63,527 nucleotides of DNA, filler included, from Octopus bimaculoides (GCF_001194135.2; 5 parts of 5 records of this genome joined end to end with filler, not necessarily neighbours in it); one strand, 5' to 3'. Shown: positions 1-13,115, counted from the whole stretch's first letter. Numbers and translations: made by a program. Notes: generated by a model not told the origin, from the letters alone.

Positions 1-219
1 ATATATGATATTCATGCCGTAGAGCTTGTGATGGTGAGATAAGTGTGGGAAATACGGAAGGGTTTTCCTCCATTATAATAGCTTCAGTTACCAGCAGAAG
101 AACTTACAATGTCTTTAAGTAGCTCCTGCAGTCTCTGCATGGAGCGAAACCTCTCTGATGTTTTCACACCCTTTGATTGTACTACCTCCCTCCCTATACC
201 TACCTCCTTCCCTACCTAC

Positions 220-292
<73 letters not shown>

Positions 293-594
293 CATACATG
301 CACATACACGTACACAAACACAGAAACACACACCTATATATTCACACGCAGAGCTATGCTTATGCACATACGTATGTATGAATAGCAAGTATATTCACCA
401 GGCGTAAATCAAAGTACCGCCATCTTGATAGCCTTAATGCTATGAACAACAAAATGTAAGGCATTGAAAATAAAAAGAAAGAAAAAACAAAACTATACAA
501 AAGAAAAAGAAAAGAAAAAAAAAGAAGACCTCGACAGAAAATAGGTTTGTGCAGCTTTAGCTTAGCATCAGAATACATCCAAGAGACATATTAC

Positions 595-798
595 ATATTA
601 CATGCAGCGGGGGGAAAAAACATGACCTGTGAATAATTAGTCGTATGAAAGTATAATATACATAAATGTTTGCGTTCACAGACAGTGGCATACAGGGATA
701 TACACGGACATACACACAGAGACACATACATATATAGATACACACATGCATATGCATACACACCACACATATACATATATACATATATGTTCATAAAC
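595..798. repeat. 204-bp segment duplicated at 4046-4249; both copies abut N gaps (probable overlapping contig ends)
   Basis: ATATTACATGCAGCGGGGGG...TTCATAAAC is identical by eye at 595-798 and 4046-4249. Confidence 0.9.
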
Positions 799-1534
799 NN
801 NNNNNNNNNNNNNNNNNNNNNNNNNNNNNNNNNNNNNNNNNNNNNNNNNNNNNNNNNNNNNNNNNNNNNNNNNNNNNNNNNNNNNNNNNNNNNNNNNNNN
901 NNNNNNNNNNNNNNNNNNNNNNNNNNNNNNNNNNNNNNNNNNNNNNNNNNNNNNNNNNNNNNNNNNNNNNNNNNNNNNNNNNNNNNNNNNNNNNNNNNNN
1001 NNNNNNNNNNNNNNNNNNNNNNNNNNNNNNNNNNNNNNNNNNNNNNNNNNNNNNNNNNNNNNNNNNNNNNNNNNNNNNNNNNNNNNNNNNNNNNNNNNNN
1101 NNNNNNNNNNNNNNNNNNNNNNNNNNNNNNNNNNNNNNNNNNNNNNNNNNNNNNNNNNNNNNNNNNNNNNNNNNNNNNNNNNNNNNNNNNNNNNNNNNNN
1201 NNNNNNNNNNNNNNNNNNNNNNNNNNNNNNNNNNNNNNNNNNNNNNNNNNNNNNNNNNNNNNNNNNNNNNNNNNNNNNNNNNNNNNNNNNNNNNNNNNNN
1301 NNNNNNNNNNNNNNNNNNNNNNNNNNNNNNNNNNNNNNNNNNNNNNNNNNNNNNNNNNNNNNNNNNNNNNNNNNNNNNNNNNNNNNNNNNNNNNNNNNNN
1401 NNNNNNNNNNNNNNNNNNNNNNNNNNNNNNNNNNNNNNNNNNNNNNNNNNNNNNNNNNNNNNNNNNNNNNNNNNNNNNNNNNNNNNNNNNNNNNNNNNNN
1501 NNNNNNNNNNNNNNNNNNNNNNNNNNNNNNNNNN

Positions 1535-1606
1535 TTCTAGCATACCATCGGACCGACTAATTCTTGTAAGTGGATTTGGTTGACGGATACTGAAAAAAAG
1601 CCCTTG

Positions 1607-1683
<77 letters not shown>

Positions 1684-1895
1684 TGTGTATACATATGCGT
1701 CTGCCATGTTTTGTGTCTGTGTATCCACGCCGATTGCCAACCGGTGTTGTTTTGTTTACATCTTCTTAATGTTACACGTTGGCATAAGAGTGCGATAGAA
1801 TAAATAGCAAGCTTTGAAGAATAAGCACTGTTGGCGACTTGTTCTTCAAGGCGTTACCCCAGCATGGCCACAGTCCAATGATTAGAAGCTAGTAA
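1535..1895 (+). mobile_element. SINE family A, 5' lost in gap, with internal (TA)n(TG)n
   Basis: GTGGATTTGGTTGACGGATACTGAAA, then microsatellite, then AACCGGTGTTG...CCAGCATGGCCACAGTCCAATGA, colinear with the copy at 6749. Confidence 0.75.
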
Positions 1896-2262
1896 ATTAA
1901 TTTACGCAATTTTTTTTTCTAAATTCCGATTTCAACGATTTTGGTTGCATTCTGTTTACCTTCTTCTTTTCCGAAGTAATTCTTCCTAACTGCGTTCGTG
2001 GCATTTCGGTTGTTTTCGTATACAACCGATGTTCGTGTTACGGCGTATTTAAATAGCACGATGCAACTTATGAGTCACTTTGCATTGCCGCTGATAAAGA
2101 TCTTGATTACAGATTTCTGTGAGTTTACCTACTTGAGAAGAAAACCTGAGAGTAGTATATTTATATTGGGAATACGTTAGACATTTCTTCTTCATTTTGT
2201 GGTTTCAATTCTCTTTAAGTGTCTTCTGGTATTAAGTGTATTCATATACTTTTTGAGTGTGA

Positions 2263-2298
<36 letters not shown>

Positions 2299-4256
2299 TA
2301 TATATNNNNNNNNNNGTGTGTGTGTGTGTGTGTGTGTACATATAATGCCTTGCCTATATACATCCGCACAAGCTAATTGCGTATTGGTCTTCTCTGTCAG
2401 AACATAGCCATCTCTTCATTGATTCTCACACGACTATATGCACGCAGGTAGCTCTGTAGACGATTTCCCTTCCTTCAATCACGTTCACAGATGCAGCCTT
2501 TGAACTGTCTACTTCTTGGTTCCTATGAGTGCAGGTGGTCGACCAACGACCAATCCAGCACGTGAGAGAATAAATCGTCCACTCGGGCTGGACCTCAATT
2601 CCATCCGAATTTCTGCAAGCACTACACTTAAATCCTGCATTATTGGTACCGTGTAGAACCTATATAACATGTTGCAGAGTCGCTTTCATTGTCGACAAAA
2701 CCAGCAAACACACCAAAGTTGCTCAATGAGGAGGGGGTATTTCTGCACATCCTACATGTTAGAAAACAAAACCTGGCTTACGTACATATGAGCGTGTCTA
2801 GATATGCAACTATATGCATGAGAATACATACATAAAACAAAACATATAAATATGAACACATACATACACATATACATACATACATACATACACATATACA
2901 TACATACATACATACATACATACATACATACATACATACACACATACATACATACATACATACATACATACCCATGCAAGAATACCCTGTTGTTGATGTT
3001 GAAATTCCATTGAAGGAACCTTGGATCTAGGTTAGAAACCGGCTCTTTCTCTATTGGCAAGAAATCTTGAAATAAACTGAATAATGACATACATACATAC
3101 ATACATACACACATACATACATACATACATACATACANNNNNNNNNNNNNNNNNNNNNNNNNNNNNNNNNNNNNNNNNNNNNNNNNNNNNNNNNNNNNNN
3201 NNNNNNNNNNNNNNNNNNNNNNNNNNNNNNNNNNNNNNNNNNNNNNNNNNNNNNNNNNNNNNNNNNNNNNNNNNNNNNNNNNNNNNNNNNNNNNNNNNNN
3301 NNNNNNNNNNNNNNNNNNNNNNNNNNNNNNNNNNNNNNNNNNNNNNNNNNNNNNNNNNNNNNNNNNNNNNNNNNNNNNNNNNNNNNNNNNNNNNNNNNNN
3401 NNNNNNNNNNNNNNNNNNNNNNNNNNNNNNNNNNNNNNNNNNNNNNNNNNNNNNNNNNNNNNNNNNNNNNNNNNNNNNNNNNNNNNNNNNNNNNNNNNNN
3501 NNNNNNNNNNNNNNNNNNNNNNNNNNNNNNNNNNNNNNNNNNNNNNNNNNNNNNNNNNNNNNNNNNNNNNNNNNNNNNNNNNNNNNNNNNNNNNNNNNNN
3601 NNNNNNNNNNNNNNNNNNNNNNNNNNNNNNNNNNNNNNNNNNNNNNNNNNNNNNNNNNNNNNNNNNNNNNNNNNNNNNNNNNNNNNNNNNNNNNNNNNNN
3701 NNNNNNNNNNNNNNNNNNNNNNNNNNNNNNNNNNNNNNNNNNNNNNNNNNNNNNNNNNNNNNNNNNNNNNNNNNNNNNNNNNNNNNNNNNNNNNNNNNNN
3801 NNNNNNNNNNNNNNNNNNNNNNNNNNNNNNNNNNNNNNNNNNNNNNNNNNNNNNNNNNNNNNNNNNNNNNNNNNNNNNNNNNNNNNNNNNNNNNNNNNNN
3901 NNNNNNNNNNNNNNNNNNNNNNNNNNNNNNNNNNNNNNNNNNNNNNNNNNNNNNNNNNNNNNNNNNNNNNNNNNNNNNNNNNNNNNNNNNNNNNNNNNNN
4001 NNNNNNNNNNNNNNNNNNNNNNNNNNNNNNNNNNNNNNNNNNNNNATATTACATGCAGCGGGGGGAAAAAACATGACCTGTGAATAATTAGTCGTATGAA
4101 AGTATAATATACATAAATGTTTGCGTTCACAGACAGTGGCATACAGGGATATACACGGACATACACACAGAGACACATACATATATAGATACACACATGC
4201 ATATGCATACACACCACACATATACATATATACATATATGTTCATAAACACACACA

Positions 4257-4299
<43 letters not shown>

Positions 4300-4320
4300 A
4301 TATATATATCTATCTCTCTA

Positions 4321-4377
<57 letters not shown>

Positions 4378-4761
4378 GCACCTTTCTCCCTTTCTCCATA
4401 CATATATTCATATACACATCAAAACGCCTACGCATACACACCCACGCACGTGCCCACACACACACACACATACGCACACACACACACACACACGCACACT
4501 CAAACAAACACACATACACGTATGGAGGTATGTGTAAGTATGAATACATATGGGGAATAGCTGTTGTTGTAGACATGCATCGAAAAGCAGGGATGCGTTC
4601 TAGTTTTAAATTTGCTATTAAGTTCTCTCTTGTTTGGAATTAGCTGGTTCTTTGACGCTTTATTTAGAACAAATTCTAAAGAATTCATTAGAAAGGGTGA
4701 AAAATGTTGATAAAAATGAAAACAACCAGAACAATAATGCACAGAGAAATCACGCACAGGC

Positions 4762-4821
<60 letters not shown>

Positions 4822-5766
4822 NNNNNNNNNNNNNNNNNNNNNNNNNNNNNNNNNNNNNNNNNNNNNNNNNNNNNNNNNNNNNNNNNNNNNNNNNNNNNNN
4901 NNNNNNNNNNNNNNNNNNNNNNNNNNNNNNNNNNNNNNNNNNNNNNNNNNNNNNNNNNNNNNNNNNNNNNNNNNNNNNNNNNNNNNNNNNNNNNNNNNNN
5001 NNNNNNNNNNNNNNNNNNNNNNNNNNNNNNNNNNNNNNNNNNNNNNNNNNNNNNNNNNNNNNNNNNNNNNNNNNNNNNNNNNNNNNNNNNNNNNNNNNNN
5101 NNNNNNNNNNNNNNNNNNNNNNNNNNNNNNNNNNNNNNNNNNNNNNNNNNNNNNNNNNNNNNNNNNNNNNNNNNNNNNNNNNNNNNNNNNNNNNNNNNNN
5201 NNNNNNNNNNNNNNNNNNNNNNNNNNNNNNNNNNNNNNNNNNNNNNNNNNNNNNNNNNNNNNNNNNNNNNNNNNNNNNNNNNNNNNNNNNNNNNNNNNNN
5301 NNNNNNNNNNNNNNNNNNNNNNNNNNNNNNNNNNNNNNNNNNNNNNNNNNNNNNNNNNNNNNNNNNNNNNNNNNNNNNNNNNNNNNNNNNNNNNNNNNNN
5401 NNNNNNNNNNNNNNNNNNNNNNNNNNNNNNNNNNNNNNNNNNNNNNNNNNNNNNNNNNNNNNNNNNNNNNNNNNNNNNNNNNNNNNNNNNNNNNNNNNNN
5501 NNNNNNNNNNNNNNNNNNNNNNNNNNNNNNNNNNNNNNNNNNNNNNNNNNNNNNNNNNNNNNNNNNNNNNNNNNNNNNNNNNNNNNNNNNNNNNNNNNNN
5601 NNNNNNNNNNNNNNNNNNNNNNNNNNNNNNNNNNNNNNNNNNNNNNNNNNNNNNNNNNNNNNNNNNNNNNNNNNNNNNNNNNNNNNNNNNNNNNNNNNNN
5701 NNNNNNNNNNNNNNNNNNNNNNNNNNNNNNNNNNNNNNNNNNNNNNNNNNNNNNNNNNNNNNNNNN

Positions 5767-5819
<53 letters not shown>

Positions 5820-5834
5820 TCATTGCCATGATTA

Positions 5835-6020
5835 TCCGCTAGCCACTAAAGCTATCTTTATTCTCTCTCTGTTTATTTTCTCGTGTTACTTAGCTGTTGA
5901 ACAGCGCAGGCTCGAAACGTAAAAGACTTTCTCACTTTCCCGAGCGTTAAACTAATACACTTGTTTGTTGTTTACACACCTGTCTTCATCTTTTGTTTCT
6001 TTTTGTAAATTCAAACTATA
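5835..6020 (+). mobile_element. Penelope-pLTR/retrozyme-like short repeat with degenerate hammerhead (paralog of 27975-28115)
   Basis: CTGTTGA-A-CAGC-GCAG-GCTC-GAAA-CG-TA-AAAGAC at 5894-5926. Downstream ACTTTC...CCGAGCGT...ACTAATA...TTTACAC...CCTGTC matches the minus-strand copy at 28 kb, and it ends in a TATG tract. Confidence 0.6.
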
Positions 6021-6227
6021 TGTATGTATGTATGTATGTATCATGGCATTCAGTTTAATGTTTTTGTCTTCTTTTTTATCAAGCTTCCTCACCAATTTGT
6101 TACGCGCCGAAAACATATTTCGGAGTAAAGAAGAGATAACAGAATAATAATATGTATATATTTTGCTTGTTTCATTCTTTAGACTGTGGCCATGCTGGAG
6201 CACACACACACACGCACACGCACACAC

Positions 6228-6268
<41 letters not shown>

Positions 6269-6474
6269 GTGTTACACACGTACGAACAAACGCGCAGACA
6301 ATGATGAACTTTATTTGTGCCATTTTATATCAGCTAAGAAAGTTATTTAATTACTGAGAGTGTACAACGACACATCACATAAACATCAAATTCAAAGCCC
6401 CGGCTACCTGCTAAGTCGTTGTGCACTCTCAATGATTAAATATCTCACTAAGATGAACTAAAATTATGTTGTCT

Positions 6475-6510
<36 letters not shown>

Positions 6511-6748
6511 ATTCACTATATAGCGCCCGGCATGTATGTATGTATAAGGCCCGATTCAACATGTACCTCCAGCAGAGAATTTTGAAACATTATTTTTTTT
6601 ATTTTATTACTATCTTTCCCAGATATTTTATTTCTAAGTCTCACAAATAATTCCTAAATCAGAAGTTTGGCCATTTCTGGTCAATTGATTTACCAAATTA
6701 TATATATATAAACATGTATGCTTTATGTACAAAAATATATGTGAATAT

Positions 6749-7156
6749 GTGGCTGTGTGGTAAGTAGCTTGCTTACCAACCACATGGTTCCGCGTTCATT
6801 CCCACTGCGTGGCACCTTGGGCAAGTGTCTTCTACTATAGCCCCGGGCCGACCAAAGCCTTGTGAGTGGATTTGGTACACGGAAACTGAAAGAAGCCCGT
6901 CGTATATATGTATATATATATATGTATGTGTGTGTGTGTTTGTGTGTGTGTGTGTTTGTGTGTGTGTGTTTGTCCCCCCAACATCGCTTGACAAACGATG
7001 CTGGTGTGTTTACGTCCCCGTAACTTAGCGGTTCGGCAAAAGACACCGATAGAATAAGTACTAGGCTTCCAAAGAATAAGTCCTGGGGTCGATTTGCTCG
7101 ACTAAAGGCCGTGCTGCAGCATGGCCACAGTCAAAATGCTAAAAGAAGTAAAAGAG
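6749..7156 (+). mobile_element. tRNA-derived SINE family A, full length
   Basis: A-box-like GGCTGTGTGGTAAG, B-box-like GGTTCCGCGTTCATTCCC, CORE-like CCTTGGGCAAGTGTCTT, internal (TA)/(TG) tract, 3' tail GCAGCATGGCCACAGTCAAAA...AGTAAAAGAG. There are 10 or more homologous copies in the window. Confidence 0.9.
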
Positions 7157-7187
7157 TAATATGTATGTATGTATGAATGTATGCATG

Positions 7188-7229
<42 letters not shown>

Positions 7230-8040
7230 GCTATAGTTGATATTTCGTCATGGCTTGTAGGACAGTACATTGTCACATGTACCAGTTCTCCCCCATTGGA
7301 TAAGTTTGAAGATTATTTATTTCCTCGATCTCTCATTTGAGTTATAAGATAGCCATTGCTGTCCTTGATTTCAAGAACCCTTTTAGAGACCTTTTTTTTC
7401 ATTTGGCAGGGTGTCCAATGTCCCCTTCCTCATCAAGCGAGCTTGCCGAGGTTGCCAATTTAGTGGCCTTCAATCCGAGCATGCAACAGTTTGTGCTGGG
7501 TTACAATTCACCAGTAGCACACTGACATATCTTCTCACACATACATACATACATACACACAACCCTTCTCTCTCTCCTTCCTTCTCACCCCCTCTCTCCC
7601 TTTCACCCTCACTCTCTCCCTCACAAAAAAGTTCAAAAAGTGTGCGCTGGGAAGATAAAGACGAGACAAGACGCGAACTAGATAAATAAAAAGGACAGAG
7701 GAAGAAACCGCAGCAATAATATATAAATTGCGGGAGAGAGATAAAAACAGACGTGTATTAGATAAGAAAGACAGGACTAGGAACAAAATAACGGGAAATG
7801 TCATAACTATTAGCGTTTATGGAACGAGACCATAAAACGGAAAATTGCTATAAAAAAGATGATATAAACAATTTTAGACGTTAAATGAACTTTGGATGCA
7901 ATTTAAGTTCAGTATTCTGGATCACGTGTTTGCTTAAAGATAGTTTTAGTGTTGCTTTTTTGTTTTTAGTGGGCCCTGAATTAATAATGGCATTGTTACT
8001 TAAGCTTCGTTGATCAGCCAGTAATTAAACGTTTTCAGTA

Positions 8041-8131
8041 TCTTCTTCTTCTTCTTCTTCTTCTTCTTCTTCTTCTTCTTCTTCTTCTTCTTCTTCTTCT
8101 TCTTCTTCTCCTCCTCCTCCTCCTCCTCCTC
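8041..8131. repeat. (TCT)n-(TCC)n microsatellite running into a gap
   Basis: Read directly. It produces the spurious poly-K/poly-E ORF. Confidence 0.95.
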
Positions 8132-8421
8132 NNNNNNNNNNNNNNNNNNNNNNNNNNNNNNNNNNNNNNNNNNNNNNNNNNNNNNNNNNNNNNNNNNNNN
8201 NNNNNNNNNNNNNNNNNNNNNNNNNNNNNNNNNNNNNNNNNNNNNNNNNNNNNNNNNNNNNNNNNNNNNNNNNNNNNNNNNNNNNNNNNNNNNNNNNNNN
8301 NNNNNNNNNNNNNNNNNNNNNNNNNNNNNNNNNNNNNNNNNNNNNNNNNNNNNNNNNNNNNNNNNNNNNNNNNNNNNNNNNNNNNNNNNNNNNNNNNNNN
8401 NNNNNNNNNNNNNNNNNNNNN

Positions 8422-8790
8422 CTGAGTTCAAATTCCGTCGAGGTCGACTTTGTCTTTCGTCCTTTCGAGGTCGATTAAATAAGTACCAGTTACGCACTGG
8501 GGTCGATGTATTATTATTATTATTATTATTATTATCATTACTATTATTATTAGTTTTATTATCATCATCAAGGCGGGGAGCTAGCAAAATCATTAGCACG
8601 CCGGGTTAAATGCTTAGCAGTATTTCATCCGCCGCTACGTTCTGGGTTCAAATTCCGTTGAGGTCGACTTTGCATTTCATCCCTTCGGGGTCGATAAATT
8701 AAGTACCAGTGAAGCACTGGGGTCGATGTAATCAAGTAGTCCCCTTCCCCCAAATTTCAGGCCTTGTGCTTGTCGTAGAAATAGTTGTTA
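8422..8790 (+). mobile_element. SINE family B: partial copy (8422-8509), (ATT)n, then full copy (8572-8790)
   Basis: GGCGGGGAGCTAGCAAAATCATTAGCACGCCGGG...GGTTCAAATTCC...GGTCGACTTTGCATTTCATCCCTTCGGGGTCGATAAATTAAGTACCAGT is repeated across the window. The central block resembles, from memory, Nin/Deu-type SINE domains (unverified). Confidence 0.85.
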
Positions 8791-9364
8791 TTACTATTGT
8801 TGTTGTTGCTGAACTCTAGATCAGCCCTGACCAATCAGATCTAGACTCAGAGACATTCCAAGCGCGACCATTCCACTATTTTCTTACATGTAAGGAACTG
8901 AACAGAAGGTCAGAGAGATTTGGGTTGCTGTTTCTGTCAAGCAAATCGAGCACATGGAAATTTCCTCATTGACTTTGGGTATTTCGTTATTCTAATGATG
9001 AGTGGTGAGTGATGGAAACTGCAGAATTTAATGCTACTGTCGAGTTATATTCAAATCCCACCAACGTTCACTTTATGATCCTTAACGGTGCAATAAAGCC
9101 ATTACAATGCTTAGGGCTAATCTAATCAACTATGCTTCCACACCCCGAACATATTTGATCTGCTGCCAATGTTACAGATCAATATTTATTATTGGCTTTA
9201 TCATTTTTTATTATTATTGTCCATCAGTAGATAATTTTGTCAACGCGCCAATAGTGCTCTTTAAATTTGTTTCTCTGAGTAACAAGCCAAGTGTATTTTC
9301 GTTTCCTTTCGCCGAATTTCATTTCTTCGGTTGTGCATTTTTATGTTAATATCATTAACATCTT

Positions 9365-9540
9365 GGCGGCGAGCTGACAGAAACGTTAGCACGCTGGGCG
9401 AAATGCTTAGCGATATTTCGACTGTCTTTTCGTTCTGAGTTCAAATTCCGCCGAGATCGACTTTACCTTTTATCCTTTCGGGGTCGATAAATTAAGTACC
9501 AGTTGCGTACTGTGGTCGATCTAATCGCCTGGCTCTCTCC
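9365..9540 (+). mobile_element. SINE family B copy
   Basis: GGCGGCGAGCTGACAGAAACGTTAGCACGCTGGGCGAAATGCTTAGC...GAGTTCAAATTCCGCCGAG...GGGGTCGATAAATTAAGTACCAG. Confidence 0.9.
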
Positions 9541-9544
9541 TCTC

Positions 9545-10600
9545 TTTTTCAACGCCAGACATGGTCTCTAAAAACTGCTACCTAATCTGTGGCCTCTCAA
9601 AAGCATCAACCTTAATTTTCTCACAAGACAAAGCTGGAAACTTTCTGTTTAAGTATTTGAAACAGCCACTGTCTTAGCGTTTCAACACGTTTTACACACT
9701 AAATGGGTTACCCATGCCTTGTCTTGATCGCACAGTTTCATGCCAAAGGTAAGCTTTCTTCACAAAATCTGTGGTTTTGTTTCGCTGTCTAGATAAAATA
9801 TAACATCCACGAATTTAGCAGAAAACAGCAGCGCTGCTTTCGCATTTTCCTCTCTCACAACTGGCCATGTTTCTGAAATACAAAACATATATTCATGTCA
9901 GTTGTCACCTGGAAAAATCATTTACAAAATTGTCAACGGTTACAAAGTAAGCAAATGCAGATTTGAGATGACAAAGTTCCAGAAAGAGCATACATACCAT
10001 GTTCTTTCTACAGTTTTTTGACCATGCTCAACAAAAAGTGACATTCACCTATGTGACCTTGCAAGTAAAGCATTAAGGGCACATTCGAAATATCACTTTT
10101 CGTAAGAAATAGTTAAAGATTCAACAAAACATGTCTCACCTGGTCTGCAATGAAATCAAGCACTAAATCAAGCACAGCGTGGGCATATCCGCAAGCGAAT
10201 TCCACAAATATAAGACATGTATAATGTCAAGAACCACGGAAATGTGTTGTTTATTAACATCTAATTGTATGAAGGACGTTTCTGTCGTCATCATGACATT
10301 TGAAACTGGTTAGATTGAAAACAGTGAAAGTTGTTTGAAGATACTTAAATCGTGACTTATGTTTTCACTTTTGTAGCGGCGTTTACCTAAATGTTTTCAA
10401 AGTTATGTCACGCCTCATACATTAATCGCATTTGATGAAGCCAAGTTTTTTAAATGCTGACAACACTGGAAAAGTTGAAAAATGGTCATTTGAGTTTCTG
10501 AAAAATCTTAACGTGATAAGGCAAAATGGATTCCATTTTTGAAATCAGCACTCCAAAATTACTGGGAAACATATTTTCAACACCAGACAACCAAACCTGT
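9545..10600 (-). mobile_element. Chapaev3-like (CMC) DNA transposon, decayed and internally deleted
   Basis: Minus translation from ATG at 9868 gives MASCERGKCESSAAVFC*IRGCYILSRQRNKTTDFVKKAY/FGMKLCDQDKAWVTHLVCK..VETLRQW, then FKYL/QKFPALSCEKIKVDAFERPQIR. These match recalled Chapaev3 motifs (FCYICG, KKAY..YFG..LGDQDK.WAPH..C, KFP.LS.EKIK.G.F.GPQIR). Terminal-type CGTGAT...CATTTTTGAAATCAGCACTCC lies near 10511-10555. Confidence 0.7.
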
Positions 10601-11633
10601 TTCCAATGTAATCAATTTAACATATTTCATTGACATTATGTTTACTGACTATAAAACTATAAAGCTACGGAATTGGCACACTTTGCGAACTCAAACGTCA
10701 GAATGTCTTACTGAAGTCGACTTGGCTTTCATGATTCCAGAGATCGATAAAGTATGTAGCAGACCATTCAAGAACTGGATTTGATCCAATCCACTATTAA
10801 AGTTCGCCCAAAAGTTTGTGGCCCTTTTCTCGTGTCAGAAGTTTTCCTACTAACAATCTTTATATAACATTATTTTTTTGTTAAAATATCTCCTTGAATA
10901 TGGCGTCCGTTTTACGAATCTCTCTCTCAATGAAAAGAAAACAAACAAAAAAATCACTCCAAAACAAAACAAAAACACTCAATTCTTTTGCTTTATTGTT
11001 TTTTTATTGACTTTCTAAACATTTCTTTCGTTTTCTCTGTTAAATTTTTTGTTTTGTTTTGCTCACGTCTGTGTAGTTTAGCTTTTGTAACATCTGAGAA
11101 ATTGCCCATGGGATGTGTGAAGTTGTCCGATCGTGTCGACGCAAATATTTTCACTGAAATGCGTTGCCTTCTGTATTATCAAAATCTCCATATATCTATC
11201 AGGCATGCAAATGAAATCAACATCACAGGAAACATCGAAACATCGATAGTCAGTCGCAGATTTTAAATCTCGTATACTTTTACGAAGACGAAATAAATCT
11301 GCTTGAGGCCGGTTAGTTTGTGCTTCCGATATTGCAGTTTGATTACACCATATTTATATTACGAAATTATTGTTGCTGTTTAGTTCTGTATCAGTCTGGT
11401 TGAAAAGTAAATCAAAGACTTTTCAACTCGTTTGATCAAAGATCACTCAGCCATTCTAATCAAAGACAGTGTAAATTTTCATTACATTATTTAATGCTTC
11501 CTTCCTTTCTACGAAGTTGTAGGTTAGGACTGCTCTTACTAGTAGGCCTAGTGACCAAGTCGCGCAGTTATTTTCCTTTTTGTTCCACAGCACACCGAAT
11601 AAGGTGATACAAGCGTCACGATATAACATCAGT

Positions 11634-11634
<1 letters not shown>

Positions 11635-11700
<66 letters not shown>

Positions 11701-11815
11701 TTCTTCTTCTTCTTCTTCTTCTTCTTCTTCTTCTTCTTCTTCTTCTTCTTCTTCTTCTTCTTCTTCTTCTTCTTCTTCTTCTTCTTCTTCTTCTTCTTCT
11801 TCTTCTTCTTCTTCC
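11635..11815. repeat. compound microsatellite (TATC)n-(CAT)n-(CTT)n
   Basis: Read directly. It is the source of the poly-H/poly-L ORF. Confidence 0.95.
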
Positions 11816-11904
11816 CAGTGATTCAATGGTTACTTTATTTCATCGATCCAAGAGAGATGATTGGCAAAGTTGATTTCAGTGAAACTTTGAGCTCAGACAA
11901 TAAA

Positions 11905-11923
11905 GTAGTAGTAGTAGTAGTAG

Positions 11924-11998
<75 letters not shown>

Positions 11999-12041
11999 GC
12001 ACTCACACATTGTGCCTATAGCAGAAACGATTATTATTATC

Positions 12042-12097
<56 letters not shown>

Positions 12098-12112
12098 AAG
12101 TAGTAGTACTAG
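11905..12112. repeat. (TAG)n/(CTA)n/(TAG)n tracts in alternating orientation
   Basis: GTAGTAG...TAGC-ACTACTACT... at 11905-11997, then (AGT)n at 12042-12112. Confidence 0.95.
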
Positions 12113-12199
12113 CAAAGCGCATCCACCGTTTATTAGTGATTCCCTAGTCCTGACAGATGACACCTTTGCACCTCCAGCCCACGGGTTTGGCATGCCGGT

Positions 12200-12300
12200 C
12201 GGCACACAGTACTAGAGCAACGTGGAATGAAGTGTTTTGCTCAAGAACACAACACACCATCCGGTCGGGGAATCGAACCCACGGCCTGGAGATAGTTAGG
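12200..12300 (-). mobile_element. SINE family C (tRNA head, CORE-like), partial
   Basis: Reverse complement reads GGTTCGATTCCCCGACCGGATGGTGTGTTGTGTTCTTGAGCAAAACACTTCATTCCACGTTGCTCTAGT. Confidence 0.8.
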
Positions 12301-12959
12301 CTACGCGATTTCACCATAAAGAACCAGTAGAAATACAGCACGACATTATATTCAGCTTCCTTAGCCACAATGGTTTGAAAGACAATGCAATGGACGTTAA
12401 GCAGGGGCGAAGAAGTGTGGGAGAGACCATGCTGTAACGTGCGGGATGGGATAAACAAGATATGTAGTTTATGGATAAATTAAAAAGGATGGGGATAAGA
12501 GGAGGGTGAAGAAATAAAGCGTGTGTTAAGGATTTAGTTGATAATAAAATTTCGTTTTTATTAATAGCCTGTCCTTTGAATGTCGCTTATATTCCTAATT
12601 TATTAGTTTCTCCGTTTCCAAACAAATCCGTGCTGCAATTCCCGCTGCACCACAAGTATATTAATCTATCTATGCAATCCTGATTTCAACTTCGGACGAC
12701 GGTGAATAATAAAAATGCATGATGGCTACTTATACGGTTTTATTGACCATTCGTAATCAAAGATATTCCACCAGTTCTATTGATCGTTTCCAGAATACCA
12801 GGAATATGTTCCTGATATTTAGTTGAACTGAGCTAATTTAGAATAAAATGTCCTTCCACACAGGAATATAAATAAACACTTACTGCAGATTTGAATTGGA
12901 CGATTTGTAATTAGATAGCTGAATAGTTTAGTTATTTAACCATTTTACTGCTCATAAGT

Positions 12960-13115
12960 ACACACACGCACAACCACACACACACACACGGCAACACACA
13001 CACACGGCAACACACACACACGGCAACACACACACACACGGCAATACACACACACGGCGCACACACACACGGCAACACACACACGGCAACACACACACAC
13101 GGTAACACACACACA
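12960..13115. repeat. minisatellite (CA)n-CGGCAA, about 8 units
   Basis: CACACACACGGCAA-type units in tandem with variable (CA)n length. Confidence 0.9.

Noticed and set aside
100-185. Minus-strand donor-like ATT|GTAAGT with open frame ERFRSMQRLQELLKDI
   Set aside because: There is no polypyrimidine acceptor upstream and no recognisable homology.
2400-2760. GC-richer block with 40-70 codon open frames
   Set aside because: No family motif was recognised on either strand, so no call can be supported.
7240-7530. Possible RTE C-terminal remnant (KLLHARIEG)
   Set aside because: Weak single motif with stops. Not annotated without a search.
8000-8599. Poly-N/E/K low-complexity protein
   Set aside because: It is a translation of (ATT)n, (TCC)n and (TCT)n tracts and a SINE across a gap.
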